Assembly (NCBI RefSeq): GCF_963921235.1
Contig: NC_086109.1
Coordinates: forward strand, 1,736,001-1,800,000
Direction of reading: 5' to 3'
Length of the DNA stretch: 64,000 nt
Source of the DNA: Mobula hypostoma
Lineage: Eukaryota
Part shown: positions 1-12,300 of the stretch, in pieces
Position numbering within the stretch: position 1 is the first letter of the stretch
Layout: each line of letters opens with the position of its first letter
Position numbers and translations under genes: made by a program
The notes under the pieces: model-generated
The model's input: only the letters and a program-made list of their open reading frames with translations
What the model was told of the DNA's origin: nothing
The model's database searches: none

Positions 1-1657
1 CTGAGGTGAAAGAGGCACTGTTGTGCCTTTTTCACTACACAGCGGTGTGTACAGACCACGTGAAATGTTTGGTGCCGTGGATACTGAGGAACTTAAAGCT
101 GTTCACCCTCTCAGTCCCAGATCCGTTGATGTCAATAGGGGTTAGCCTGTCTCCATTTCTCCTGGAATCCACAACCAGTTCGTCTGTTTTTGCAATATTG
201 AGGGAGAGTTTGTTTTCTTGACTCCACTGTGTCAGGGTGATGACTTCTCTGCAGGCTGCCTCATTATTATTTGAGATTAGGCCAAGCAGTGTAATGTCAT
301 CAGCAAATTGAATTAGCAGATTGGAGCTGTGTGTGGCGACATGGTCATGGGTATACAGAGAGTAAAGGAGGGGGCTTAGTACACAGCCCTGAGGGGCACC
401 TGTGTTGAGAGTCAGAGGGATGGAGGTGAGGGAGCCCACTCTTACAACCTGCCAGCAATCAGATAGGAAGTCCAGGATCCAGCTGCACGAGGCAGGGTGA
501 AGGCCGAGGTCTCTGAGCTTCTTGTCGAGCCTGGAGGGAATTATGGTGTTGAATGCTGAACTGTAGCCGAAGAACAGCATTCTCACAGAAGCATCATTCT
601 CCAGATGTGTAAGGACAATGGTCAGAGCTGTGGCTATTGCGTCATCTGTCCATCAGTCGTCCTTGACCAGCCTCTCAAAGCATTTGCTCATTATTGAGGT
701 GAGAGCGACAGAACACCTGTCATTAAGACATGTAACCTTGGTCTTTTTGGGTACAGGGACAATGATGGATGTTTTGAGGCAGGAGGGCACTCTACACGGG
801 GAAAGGGAGATTAAAAATATCTGTAAACACACCTGCCAGTTGTGGTGCACACATCCTGAGTATCTCCCCTGGGATGCTGTCTGGTTCCGCAGCCGTGCGA
901 CTGTCCACCCGTTCGAAACACCTGTGTACTTCGGCCTCAGAGATGACCAAGCTGCTGGTTGTGTCATCTGCGTGTCTCCCCAGGGGCTCAGTATTGGCAA
1001 CATCGAATCACGCGAGAAAAGATTTAGCTCATCTGGGAGAGAGGCAGCGATGCTGGAAACTCCACTGCGTTTAGATTTGAAGTCTGCGATGGTGTGCAGA
1101 TCTTACCATAAGCTGTGTGTGTTGCTGGTGGAAAGTTGTGTCTGGATCTTGTCCTTATTTTGTTGTTTCGCTGCCTTGATGACTTTGCGCGTATCATTTC
1201 TTGAGCTCCTGCTGATTACCGGCAACATAAGCTCTGCGTCGTGCGGTAAGTGCTGATCGCACGGAACTGTTGATCCAGGGTTTCCTGTTTGGAGAGACCC
1301 TGACCGAGTTTTGGGGGACAACGTCCTTGATGCACTTCCGGACGAAGCTTGTGACCCCTTCCGTGAACTCGAACACGTCCTCATCATGGAAGACTTACCA
1401 GTTGATGTTATCAAAGCACTGCTGTAGCATGGATCCGATTGATCGGACCAACAGTGGACGGTTTTAACTACGATTGCCCTTGTTTCAGCTTCAGCCTAGA
1501 CTTTGGCAGCAGGAAGATGGAGGAGTGATCCAATTTTGCAAATGGGCAGAGCAAAGGATTGCTTTGTAAGCATGGTGGGAGGGAGAGTATCCATGGTGGT
1601 GTATGCTATCCCCCCCGTGTGCTCACCTGGATGTGTTGGCAACACTTCGGAGAGACT
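1..1657 (-). mobile_element. Rex1/Babar-type LINE, degenerate RT and EN C-terminal part (3' segment of a split element)
   Basis: Minus-strand ORF pieces read [36 protein letters not shown] and VALTSIMSKCFERLV. There are multiple frameshifts. The EN reading continues across the Gypsy insertion at 8130. Confidence 0.85.
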
Positions 1658-2465
1658 TGTTACGTGACCACGGTTTTGTTTACTGTGGGTGTCACTTTAA
1701 AACACCTAAATGAGGCTGAGCTATGACCTCAGTATAACAAGCTACATGCAGGCCACTGGGATTTTCAGAAAGAAAGTGGGGGGGTGGGGAAGGAGGGAGG
1801 TAGGGAGAGGGAGAGAGAGATAGAGAGAGAGATAAAGAGAGAGGAAGCTTTGGATTGCACACTGCTGGCAGTAGCTTGCTGCAGCAATGGATAAAGTCTG
1901 ATACTTCCCCATGCATTGAGAATTGGGTTGATCAACAGCACCCAGTGCCCAGTGAACCTGTGACTGTCACTTCGTATGATCCATATGTGGATTTTGTTGG
2001 AGTACCCTGTGGCGACTGCCTTTGTTAACCCTTACATGGTTTTGGGTATGTTATGTGGCAACCACTTATGCTAAGGAATATTCTGTGACTGTTACCTTGT
2101 GACATTTCTATGTGGATTTCGGAATGACTCGATGGATTAGATCTTCGGTGACTGTTACTTTGTTTTCCCAGTGTGGAACCTGTGGAATTCTTCCTAGTCA
2201 CCTCCTCTCTACATTTTAATGTGGATTTACAAGTTTCTCCCCTCACTTACTCTGTGGATTACTGGACCTTTTGTAGTTTGCCATCTTAAGACTTTAAGAA
2301 CTGTTTCTAAGCTTGACAGTTTGTGAGCCACACACACACATAACACTGTTAACTTCTGTTTACTTCGTTTAATTTTCTATATTTTTGAGTAGATACTAAT
2401 AAATATAGTGATTTTAACATTAAAATCTGACTCATTTTGTCAACTATTGCTGCTGGTACGTAACA
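1658..2465 (+). repeat. 5' LTR (808 bp)
   Basis: Direct repeat of 7363-8129 with TG...CA termini and an internal (GA)n tract. Confidence 0.92.
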
Positions 2466-2470
2466 TAAAT

Positions 2471-2488
2471 TGGGGGCTCATCCGGGAT
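2471..2488 (+). promoter_or_regulatory. Primer-binding site, tRNA-Pro type
   Basis: TGGGGGCTCATCCGGGAT is a 17/18 match to the canonical tRNA-Pro PBS TGGGGGCTCGTCCGGGAT and lies 5 nt after the LTR end. Confidence 0.85.
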
Positions 2489-2578
2489 TTGAACAAAATT
2501 GGAGCTTATTGATTCATTGATTATCAATTTGATTGGTTACTTCTCTTTTGATTGACTTGTGTGTGGAAACCAGCAGCA

Positions 2579-3640
2579 ATGGATATTGATACATTTCTGA
2601 CATCACCAACCTCTGAGGCATTAGTGGAAGCCAAAAAGAAAGTCTTGCTGCTCATTGCTGAAAAGCTGGAACTTACTGCGGTAAAGTTGGCTATGAGAAA
2701 GGCAGAGATTCAGAGGAGAGTAGCTGAGATTTATGTATCTACAAAGGTGTTTGAAGAGACGGTGTTAGAACTGTTTCATGAAAATAAACCAGATAACCCT
2801 GAGCTCCAGTTATGGCTGGAACATTTAAAGTTTGAGCAGGAGAAAGTTAAATTAGAGGACAAAGGTGGTTTGAGATAGAGAAGTTAAGGCTCGAGAGTCA
2901 AAGGGAGTTCTGGATCTAGGGATAAGTTTGTTGCCAGTCGGGAAGTTAAATTGGTCCCTCCATTTGATGAGGCTGAGGCTGACAAATATTTTCAGCATTT
3001 TGAGAAAGTTGCTCAGAGCCTACAGTGGCCAAGGGGGTGTTGGGCTCTCCTGTTGCAAAGTGTAATTAAAGGTAAAGCTCAGCAGGCTTATTCTGCCCTA
3101 TCAGTTGATGATGCAGCTAGCTATGAGACAGTAAAACAAGCTGTGCTTAAAGCCTATGAACTGGTTCTAAAGCTGATAGGCAAAGGTTTAGGAATTTGAG
3201 GAAATCTGTGAACCAGACTTGTGGAATTTGCTTATGAGAAGTCTATGTGTTTTGAACAATGGTGCACATCTAAAAATGTGAATGATGATTTCAACAAATT
3301 GAAAGAGTTGGTTTTAATTGAAGAATTTCAAAGGTGCGTCCATAATGACATAAAGACATATTTAGATGAGAAGGATGCGGCCACTTGGCAAAAATCTGCT
3401 AAATTAGCAGGTGAGTTTGCCTTAACCCACAAGTTTAAGTTTACCCTGAGTAAGACTTTCCAAAAGAGTAACATGGATAGTCAGGGTAAACCAGAAATTA
3501 AATCTGGGACTAGTGACAAAGGTAAGGATGAAGGCAAGCAGTTAAAGGAGAAGCGTTCTGGTCCTATTTGTCACTACTGCAGGAAAGCTGGACATGTTAT
3601 GGCTAACTGTTTCCTCCTAAAGAAGAAGAAGGAATTATTG
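2579..3640 (+). pseudogene. Gypsy gag (SCAN-like capsid region and CCHC knuckle), disrupted
   Basis: ORF pieces MDIDTFLTSP..., VPPFDEAEADKYFQHFEKVA...KAYEL and KLKELVLIEEF. Knuckle CHYCRKAGHVMANC is at 3569-3610. Frameshifts separate the pieces. Confidence 0.8.
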
Positions 3641-4837
3641 GACCATGATCCTTGTGTTAGGACTGACAATAAAGATTTGTCTTTTTCCAGGAAGGAGTTC
3701 ATGGCAGAACAGACCAGAGACCCTGAGATTGTTGCCTTGAGAGAAAAAGCTCTCCCAGGTGATGAGATTGAGAAAGTACCAGTTTCGTATTATTCTAAGG
3801 ATGGGGTGTTAGTGAGGAAGTGGAGACCATCTGATATTCCTGCAAGCGAGAAGTGGGAAATTGTTCACCAGGTTGTGGTTCCTAGAGTCTATAGGAATGA
3901 GATTTTAACTTTGGCCCATAGTATGCCCTTGGGTGGCCATCTGGGTGTGAACAAAACTGTGGACAGGGTTTTGAAACAATTCTTCTGGCCTAGTTTGAGG
4001 AAAGATGTTGCGACATTTTGCCGGGCTTGTCACACTTGGCAGGTTGTGGGTAAACCTAATCAGCTCACCCCAGTGGCCCCACTGCACCCTATTCCTGCAT
4101 TTGGTGAAGCCTTTGCAAAAGTTATTGTGGATTGTGTTGGCCCATTGTCCAAGATTAAAGCCGGCCGTCAGTATTTACTAATCATCATGTGTACAGCATC
4201 TAGATTCCTGGAAGCAATAGCTCTCAGGAATATAAAATCTCCAACCATGTCAAAGGCTCTCAGAAAGTTTTTCACCCTATTTGGTTTGCCTGAAGAAATC
4301 CAGTCTGATCAAGGAAGTAATTTTTATGTCAGGATTATTCCAGCAAATAGTTTACAAACTGGGAACCAAACAAATTATATCATCTGCATACCACCCAGAA
4401 TCCCAAGGGGCCTTAGAAAAATTTCATTCTACCCTCAAAACCAGATGAGGACATTCTGTATTGAAAATGAGAAGGATTGGGATGAGGAAGTTCACTTGCT
4501 TCTATTTGCACTAAGGGAGTCAGTGCAAGAATCCCTAGGCTTTAGCCCCTTTGAACTTGTGTTTGGACACCAGGTCCGAGGACCTTTGGCATTATTAAAA
4601 GAGCAGTGGGTTAATAATGACCTGCATATTAATTTGTTGGACTATCTTTTAAAATTCAAAGACAGATTGCAAAGGACTTGGAACTTCGCAAGGGAAAATT
4701 TAAAATTAGCCCAGGAAAGAATGAAAACTTGTTATGATAAGGAAGCCAGAATGAGGTCATTCAAGCCAGGAGATAAGGTATTGGTTCTTTTCCCTGTGCA
4801 AATGAACCCTCTGCAAGCTAAGTTTCATGGTCCCTAA
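3641..4837 (+). pseudogene. Gypsy integrase (HHCC, DDE, GPY/F-like), disrupted
   Basis: Motifs HSMPLGGHLG...CRACHT, VDCVGPL, SDQGSNF, LGFSPFELVFG and FKPGDKVL...LQAKFHGP. Confidence 0.88.
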
Positions 4838-5203
4838 AAAATTGTGTCTAAAGTCAATGATGTGGATTATGTCATCAAAATACCAGATAGACGAAGGCCA
4901 ATGTAGCTTCGTCACGTAAACATGACTAAACTGTATCATAAGAAACAAATAGCAGCTGTTATGGTTGTTGTCAATAACACTGAATCTGAACTCTCTGGAA
5001 ATTCACCAGCGCTTCCATCTGAGGCCTATTTTAAATCAAACATTATTTCAGCCAGATTTTCAAATTCGACTGTTTTGGAAAGTATTGATGAGAAATTGGC
5101 TCATTGACAGCCACAGCAGCGGCAGCAAATGAAGCTGTTGATCATGAAATTTAACGATTTATACCCTGATATTTCAAAAAGAACCACAGTAGCATCACAT
5201 GAT

Positions 5204-5941
5204 ACATAGAAACATAGAAAATAGGTGCAGGAGTAGGCCATTCGGCCCTTTGAGCCTGCACTGCCATTCAGTATGATCATGGCTGATCATCCAACTCAGA
5301 ACCCTGTACCTGCCTTCTCTCCATACCCCCGATCCCTTTAGCCACAAGGGCCATATCTAACTCCCCCTTAAATATAGCCAATGAACTGGCCTCAACTGTT
5401 TCCCGTTGCAGAGAATTCCACAGATTCACCACTCTCTGTGTGAAGAAGATTTTCCTCATCTCGGTCCTAAAAAGCTTCCCCTTTATCCTTAAACTTTGAC
5501 CCCCCTGTTCTGGACTTCCCCAACATCGGGAACAATCTTCCTGCATCTAGCCTGTCTAATCTGTTTAGAATTTTATATGTTTCAATAAGATCCCCCCTCC
5601 CTCTTCTAAATTCCAGAGAGTATAAGCCTAGTCAATCCAATCTTTCATCATATGAAAGTCCTGCCATCCCAGGAATCAATCTGGTGAACCTTCTTTGTAC
5701 TCCCTCTATGGCATGTCTTTCCTCAGATTAGGGGACCAAAACTGCACACAATACTCCAGGTGTGGTTTCACCAAGGCCTTGTACAACTGCAGTAGTACCT
5801 CCCTGCTCCTGTACTCGAATCCTCTTGCTATGAATGCCAGCATACCATTCGCCTTTTTCACCGCCTGCTGTACCTGCATGCCCACTTTCAATGACTGGTG
5901 TATAATGACACTCAGGTCTCGTTTCACCTCCCCTTTTCCTA
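5204..5941 (-). mobile_element. 5'-truncated CR1 (family A) inserted in the Gypsy pol
   Basis: (AAACATAG)n tail at 5204 and a CR1 RT C-terminus. Probable TSD ATGAT at 5199-5203 and 5942-5946. The Gypsy reading SHD|VDVGDAK rejoins across it. Confidence 0.88.
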
Positions 5942-5946
5942 ATGAT

Positions 5947-7186
5947 GTAGATGTCGGTGATGCCAAAACCTATAAAACAGTATCCGTATCACAAGAATGT
6001 TGAAAAATGTAGACTTGCTGAACAAGAAATTGAGTATATGTTAGAAAATGGTATTATTAAGCATTCTACTTCAGATTGGAATCTCACCTTGTGTTCTGGT
6101 ACCTAAAGAAGATGGTAGTATCAGGTTTTGCACTGATTACAGAAAGGTGAATGCTATAACAAAAACAAATGATTATCCCACCCCTAGAGTGGATGATTGT
6201 GTAGACAAGGTTGGAAAAGCTAAGTTTCTTACAAAAATCGATCTGTTACAAGGGTATTGGTGTGTTCCATTAACGGATAGAGGTAGAGAAATTTCTGCAT
6301 TTGTAACACCTTCAGGATTGTATGAATACAATGTTCTGCCATTTGGAATGAAAAATGCTCCAAGAACATTCCAGAGAATGGTTAATTCTGTGTTTCAGGG
6401 GTTAGAACACACAAATGCCTATATTGATGATTTGATCACAGGGAATGACACATGGGAAGGCCATATCTCTGCAGTGGAAGAGCTGTTTGACAGGCTCTCA
6501 AAGGCCAATCTTACAGTTAACTTAGCTAAGAGTGAATTTGGCCATGCCACTGTGACCTATCTGGGTTATGTTGGAGGTCAAGGCAGGTTGGCTCCCGTTC
6601 AGGCAATTTCTGAGGTTCCCATTCCAACCGGTATAAAAGCTCTTAAGAGATTCCTGGCAATGGTCGGATATTATTGCAAGTTCTGTAAAAACATTGATGA
6701 TATTGCTCTCCCATTGACTAACTTCTTGAAGAAGAGTGAAAAGTTTGTTTGGACGGAGCCTTGTCAGGAGGCGTTTGATAAATTGAAAGCCATCTTACGT
6801 CACCAACCTATGCTCAAGTCACCTGACTTTGCAAAGCCATTTTCCATAGCTGTGGATGCCAGTGATGAAGCTACAGGAGCAGTGTTGACCATCCTGTGGC
6901 TAACTTTTCAAAGAAATTGAACATGCATCAAAGAATTTATTCTACCATCGAGAAGGAATTATTATCACTTATTTTGGCTTTGTAGCATCTTGATGTGTAT
7001 GCTTGCCCAGCTCAAACATACTTGTGGTTTATACAGATCATAATCCATTGGTGTTCTTGAGTAAGTTTAAAAAAAAAGAATAGACGGTTGTTGAATTGGA
7101 TTTTGATTTTGCAGGAGTATGATCTCATGATAACTCACATTAAAGGCAAGGATAATATAATTGCCGACTGTCTTTCCAGATGTTAA
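5947..7186 (+). pseudogene. Gypsy reverse transcriptase and RNase H, disrupted
   Basis: Motifs FCTDYRKVNAITK, PFGMKNAPRTFQR, AYIDD and AVDASD. The frame ends ...KGKDNIIADCLSRC-stop at 7186. Confidence 0.88.
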
Positions 7187-7354
7187 GCTTGCAATGCACT
7201 TTTAACAGTGGAGTGAGATTGACTATTTGTACACACTTCTGCAGTATGATATACTAGTCTGTAGTACGCTATATGGTAACTGCAAATGTATTGTTTCACA
7301 TATTGAAGTCTGCAGTTAAAATTTTACTCTTACAGATCAGAATTTTCTCTTTTT

Positions 7355-7362
7355 GGGGGAGG
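7355..7362 (+). promoter_or_regulatory. Polypurine tract
   Basis: A T-run followed by GGGGGAGG abuts the 3' LTR. Confidence 0.75.
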
Positions 7363-8129
7363 TGTTACGTGACCACGGTTTTGTTTACTGTGGGTGTCAC
7401 TTTAAAATACCTAAATGTGGGGGAACTATGATGTCAGTATAACAAGCTGCAGACGGACCGCTGGGATTTTCAGAAAGAAAGAAAAGGAGAGAGAGAGAGA
7501 GAGTGAGTGTGGAAGCTTTGGACCGCAAGCTGGCAGTAGCTTGCTGCAGCAATGGGTAAAGTCTGATACTTTCCCATGCCCTGAGATTTGGGTTGATCAA
7601 CAGCACTCCGCGCACATTGGATGTGTAACTATCACTTCGTATGATCCATACGTGGATTTTGTTGGAGTACCCTGTGGCGACTGCCTTTGTTAACCCTTAC
7701 ATGGTTTCAGGTATTTTATGTGGTAACCACTTATGCTAAGGAATATTCCGTGACTGTCACCTTGTGATATTTCTATGTGGATTTTGGGACGACTCGACGG
7801 ATAAGATCTTCGGCGATTGTTACTTTGTTTTCCCAGTGTGGAACCTGTGGAATTCTGTGTAATCACCTCCTCCCCACATTTTAATGTGGATTTACAAGTT
7901 TCTCCCCTCACCTAATCTGTGGATTACTGGACCTTTTGTAGTTGCCATCTAAAGACTTTAAGAACTGTTCCTAAACTTGACAGTTTGGGAGCCACACACA
8001 CACGTAACACTGTTAACTTCTGTTTATTTCATTTAATTTTCTATATTTTTGAGTAGAGACTAATAAATATAGTGGTTTTAACATGAAAATCTGACTCATT
8101 TTGTGATCTATTGCTGCTGGTACGTAACA
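7363..8129 (+). repeat. 3' LTR (767 bp)
   Basis: Direct repeat of 1658-2465, with 7 substitutions in the first 85 bp and a shorter GA tract. Confidence 0.92.
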
Positions 8130-8372
8130 GACTTTAGTCAGCGATGCTCAATTAAAGTCACCAGCGACGATGAAGGCAGCCTCTGGGTGTGCGGTCTCCA
8201 GGGTGCTGATGGTCTCGTGCCGTTCCTTGAGAGCCAGGTCAGTATCAGCTTGCAGCAGAATGTACACCGCTGTGATGATAACAGTCATGAACTCTTCAGG
8301 CAGCCAGAAAGGTCTGCACAGTAGCACCAGGTATTCCAGGTCTGGGGAAAACAAGGATTGTTGACCATGGGC
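8130..8372 (-). mobile_element. Rex1/Babar endonuclease, middle segment
   Basis: SPDLEYLVLLCRPFWLPEEF...IVAGDFN is in frame with the sequence left of the Gypsy once the TSD is collapsed. Confidence 0.85.
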
Positions 8373-8422
8373 GAGGAAGGTTTGGCATTCATTTTCTGTC
8401 GCTATTTGAGGAGAGGGGCAGT

Positions 8423-9358
8423 ATGAGTGTGAGGGCAGTTTGCTGTTCTCGCTGTCGGATGTGGGAGGCCCTGGAGTCTCCAAGCCTCCCGGACGTCTAC
8501 ATCTGCGCCAAGTGCATCGAGATGCAGCTCCAAAGGGACCGCGTTACGGAACTGGAGCTGCAGCTCGATGACCTTCGTCTGGTCAGGGAGAGCGAGGAGG
8601 TGATAGAGAGGAGTTATAGGCAGGTGGTCACACCGGGGCCACGGGAGGCAGACAAGTGGGTCACAGTTAGGAGGGGGAAGGGGAAGAGTCAGGTAATAGA
8701 GAGTACCCCAGTGGCTGTGCCTCTTAACAACAGGTACTCCTGTTTGAGTACTGTTGGGGGGGACAGCTTACCCAGGGGAAGCGACAGTGGCCGTGCCTCC
8801 GGCACAGAGTCTGGCCCTGTAGCTCAGAAGGGTGGGGAAAGGAAGAGGAGGGCAGTAGTAATAGGAGACTCGTTAGTAAGGGGGTCAGATAGGTGATTCT
8901 GTGGATGCAGTCCAGAGACCCGGATGGTAGTTTGCCTCCCTGGTGCCAGGGTCCGGGATATTTCTGATCGTGTCCAAGATATCCTGAAGTGGGAGGGTGA
9001 GGAGCCAGAGGTCGTGGTACATATAGGTACCAATGACATAGGTAGGAAAAGGGATGAGGTCCTGAAAGGAGAATATAGGGAGCTAGGAAGGGAGTTGAGA
9101 AAAAGGACCGCAAAGGTAGTAATCTCAGGATTACTGCCTGTCCCAGGTGACAGTGAGAGTAGGAATGCGATGAGGTGGAGGATAAATGCGTGGCTGAGGG
9201 ATTGGAGCAGGGGGCAGGGATTCAAGTTTTTGGATCATTGGGACCTCTTTTGGCGCAGGCGTGACCTGTACAAAAAGGACGGGTTACACTTGAATCCTAG
9301 GGGGACCAATATCCTGGCAGGGAGATTAGCGGGGCCTACTGAGGTGACTTTAAACTAG
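8423..9358 (+). pseudogene. CR1 ORF1: Cys-rich finger, coiled coil and SGNH esterase; one in-frame TGA at 8894-8896
   Basis: CSRC...CAKC at the N-terminus, then GDSL (VIGDSLV), HIGTND and DGLH esterase blocks. Confidence 0.85.
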
Positions 9359-9363
9359 AATGG

Positions 9364-12300
9364 TTGGGGGGTAGGAATCAAGTTAAAGAGGCTAGGCGTG
9401 AGGAGGTTAGTTCACAACAGGGGGATGGGAACCAGTGCAGAGAGACAGAGGGGTGTAAAGTGAGGGTAGAAGCAAAAAGTACTAAGCAGAAAAGTAAAAG
9501 TGGCAGGCTGACAAATCCAGGGCAAGCATTAAAAAGGGCCACTTTTCAACATAATTGTATAAGGGCTAAGAGAGTTGTAAAAGAGCGCCTGAAGGCTTTG
9601 TGTGTCAATGCAAGGAGCATTCATAATAAGGTGGATGAATTGAAAGTGCAGATTGTTATTAATGATTATGATATAGTTGGGATCACAGAGACATGGCTCC
9701 AGGGTGACCAGGGATGGGAGCTCAACGTTCAGGGATATTCAATATTCAGGAGGGATAGACATGAAGGAAGAGGAGGTGGGGTGGCGTTGCTGGTTAAAGA
9801 AGAGATTAACGCAATAGAAAGGAAGGACATAAGCCGGGAAGTTGTGGAATCAATATGGGTAGAGCTGCGTAACACTAAGGGGCAGAAGACGCTGGTGGGA
9901 GTTGTGTACAGGCCACCTAACAGTAGTAGTGAGGTCGGAGATGGTATTAAACAGGAAATTAGAAATGTGTGCAATAAAGGAACAGCAATTATAATGGGTG
10001 ACTTCAATCTACATGTAGATTGGGTGAACCAAATTGGTAAAGGTGCTGAGGAAGAGGATTTCTTGGAATGTATACGGGATGGTTTTTTGAACCAACATGT
10101 CGAGGAACCAACTAGAGAGCAGGCTATTCTGGACTGGGTTTTGAGCAATGAAGAAGGGTTAATTAGCAATCTTGTCGTGAGAGACCCCTTGGGTAAGAGT
10201 GACCATAATATGGTGGAATTCTTCATTAAGATGGAGAGTGACATAGTTAATTCAGAAACAATGGTTCTGAACTTAAAGAGGGGTAACTTTGAAGGTATGA
10301 GACGTGAATTAGCTAAGATGGACTGGCAAATGACACTTAAAGGATTGACGGTGGATATGCAATGGCAAGCATTTAAAGGTTGCATGGATGAACTACAGCA
10401 ATTGTTCATCCCAGTTTGGCAAAAGAATAAATCAAGGAAGGTAGTGCACCCGTGGCTGACAAGAGAAATTAGGGATAGTATCAATTCCAAAGAAGCAGCA
10501 TACAAATTAGCCAGAGAAAGTGGCTCACCTGAGGACTGGGAGAAATTCAGAGTTCAGCATAGGAGGACAAAGGGCTTAATTAGGAAGGGGAAAAAAGATT
10601 ATGAGAGAAAACTGGCAGGGTACATAAAAATGGACTGTAAAAGCTTTTATAGATATGTAACAAGGAAAAGACTGGTAAAGACAAATGTAGGTCCCCTGCA
10701 GACAGAAACAGGTGAATTGATTATGGGGAGCAAGGACATGGCAGACCAATTGAATAATTACTTTGGTTCTGTCTTTACTAAGGAGGACATAAATAATCTT
10801 CCAGAAATAGTAGGGGACAGAGGGTCCCGTGAGATGGAGGAACTGAGCGAAATACATGTTAGTAGGGAAGTGGTGTTAGGTAAATTGAAGGGATTGAAGG
10901 CAGATAAATCCCCAGGGCCAGATGGTCTGCATCCTAGAGTGCTTAAGGAAGTAGCCCAAGAAATAGTGGATGCATTCGTGATAATTTTTCAAAACTCGTT
11001 AGATTCTGGACTAGTTCCTGAGGATTGGAGGGTGGCTAATGTAACTCCACATTTTAAAAAAGGAGGGAGAGAGAAACCGGGGAATTATAGACCGGTTAGC
11101 CTAACGTCGGTGGTGGGGAAACTGCTGGAGTCAGTTATCAAAGATGTGATAACAGCACATTTGGAAAGTGGTGAAATCATCGGACAAAGTCAGCATGTAT
11201 TTGTGAATGGAAAATCATGTCTGACGAATCTCATAGAATTTTTTGAGGATGTAACTAGTAGAGTGGATAGGGGAGAACCAGTCGATGTGGTATATTTGGA
11301 TTTTCAAAAGGCTTTTGACAAGGTCCCACAGAGGAGATTAGTGTGCAAACTTAAAGCACACTGTATTGGGGGTAAGGTATTGGTGTGGGTGGAGAATTGG
11401 TTAGCAGACAGGAAGCAAAGAGTGGGAATAAACGGGACCTTTTCAGAATGGCAGGCAGTGACTTGTGGAGTACCGCAAGGCTCAGTGCTGGGTCCCCAGT
11501 TGTTTACAATATATATTAATGACTTGGATGAGGGAATTAAATGCAGCATCTCCAAGTTTGCGGATGACACGAAGCTGGGCGGCAGTGTTAGCTGTGAGGA
11601 GGATGCTAAGAGGATGCAGGGTGACTTGGATAGGTTAGGTGAGTGGGCAAATTCATGGCAGATGCAATTTAATTTGTATAAATGTGAAGTTATCCACTTT
11701 GGTGGCAAAAATAGGAAAACAGATTATTATCTGAATGGTGGCCGATTAGGAAAAGGGGAGGTGCAACGAGACCTGGGTGTCATTATATAACAGTCATTGA
11801 AAGTGGGCATGCAGGTACAGCAGGCGGTGAAAAAGGCGAATGGTATGCTGGCACTTCTAGCGAGAGGATTCGAGTACAGGAGCAGGGAGGTACTACTGCA
11901 GTTGTACAAGGCCTTGGTGAGACCACAGCTGGAGTATTGTGTGGTTTTGGTCCCCTAATCTGAGGAAAGACATCCTTGCCATAGAGGGAGTACAAAGAAG
12001 GTTCACCAGATTGATTCCTGGGATGGTAGGACTTTCATATGAAGAAAGACTGGATGAACTGGGCTCGTACTCTTTGGAATTTAGAAGATTGAGGGGGGAT
12101 CTGATTGAAACGTATAAGATCCTAAAGGGATTGGACAGGCTAGATGCAGGAAGATTGTTCCCAATGTTGGGGAAGTCCAGAACGAGGGGCCACAGTTTGA
12201 GGATAGAGGGGAAGCCTTTTAGGACTGAGATTAGGAAAAACTTCTTCACACAGAGAGTGGTGAATCTGTGGAATTCTCTGCCACAGGAAACAGTTGAGGC

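Larger units (their letters stand above)
1658..8129 (+). mobile_element. Two-LTR Gmr1-like Ty3/Gypsy retrotransposon (gag, IN, RT, RNase H; protease deleted), decayed
   Basis: TGTTACG...CGTAACA LTRs lie at both ends. A 4-bp TSD GACT is at 1654-1657 and 8130-8133. PBS and PPT are present, and integrase lies upstream of RT. Confidence 0.92.

Noticed and set aside
3221-4837. 538-aa ORF as a domesticated SCAN/integrase host gene
   Set aside because: It lies inside a TSD-flanked element, has an out-of-frame catalytic segment and a Trp replacing the last zinc-binding Cys, and upstream gag is frameshifted.
9729-11708. Long antisense ORFs repeated in each CR1 copy (also 23692-24096, 24893-25390, 35895-36413)
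   Set aside because: These are shadow frames of the CR1 ORF2. They recur only because the element is repeated.
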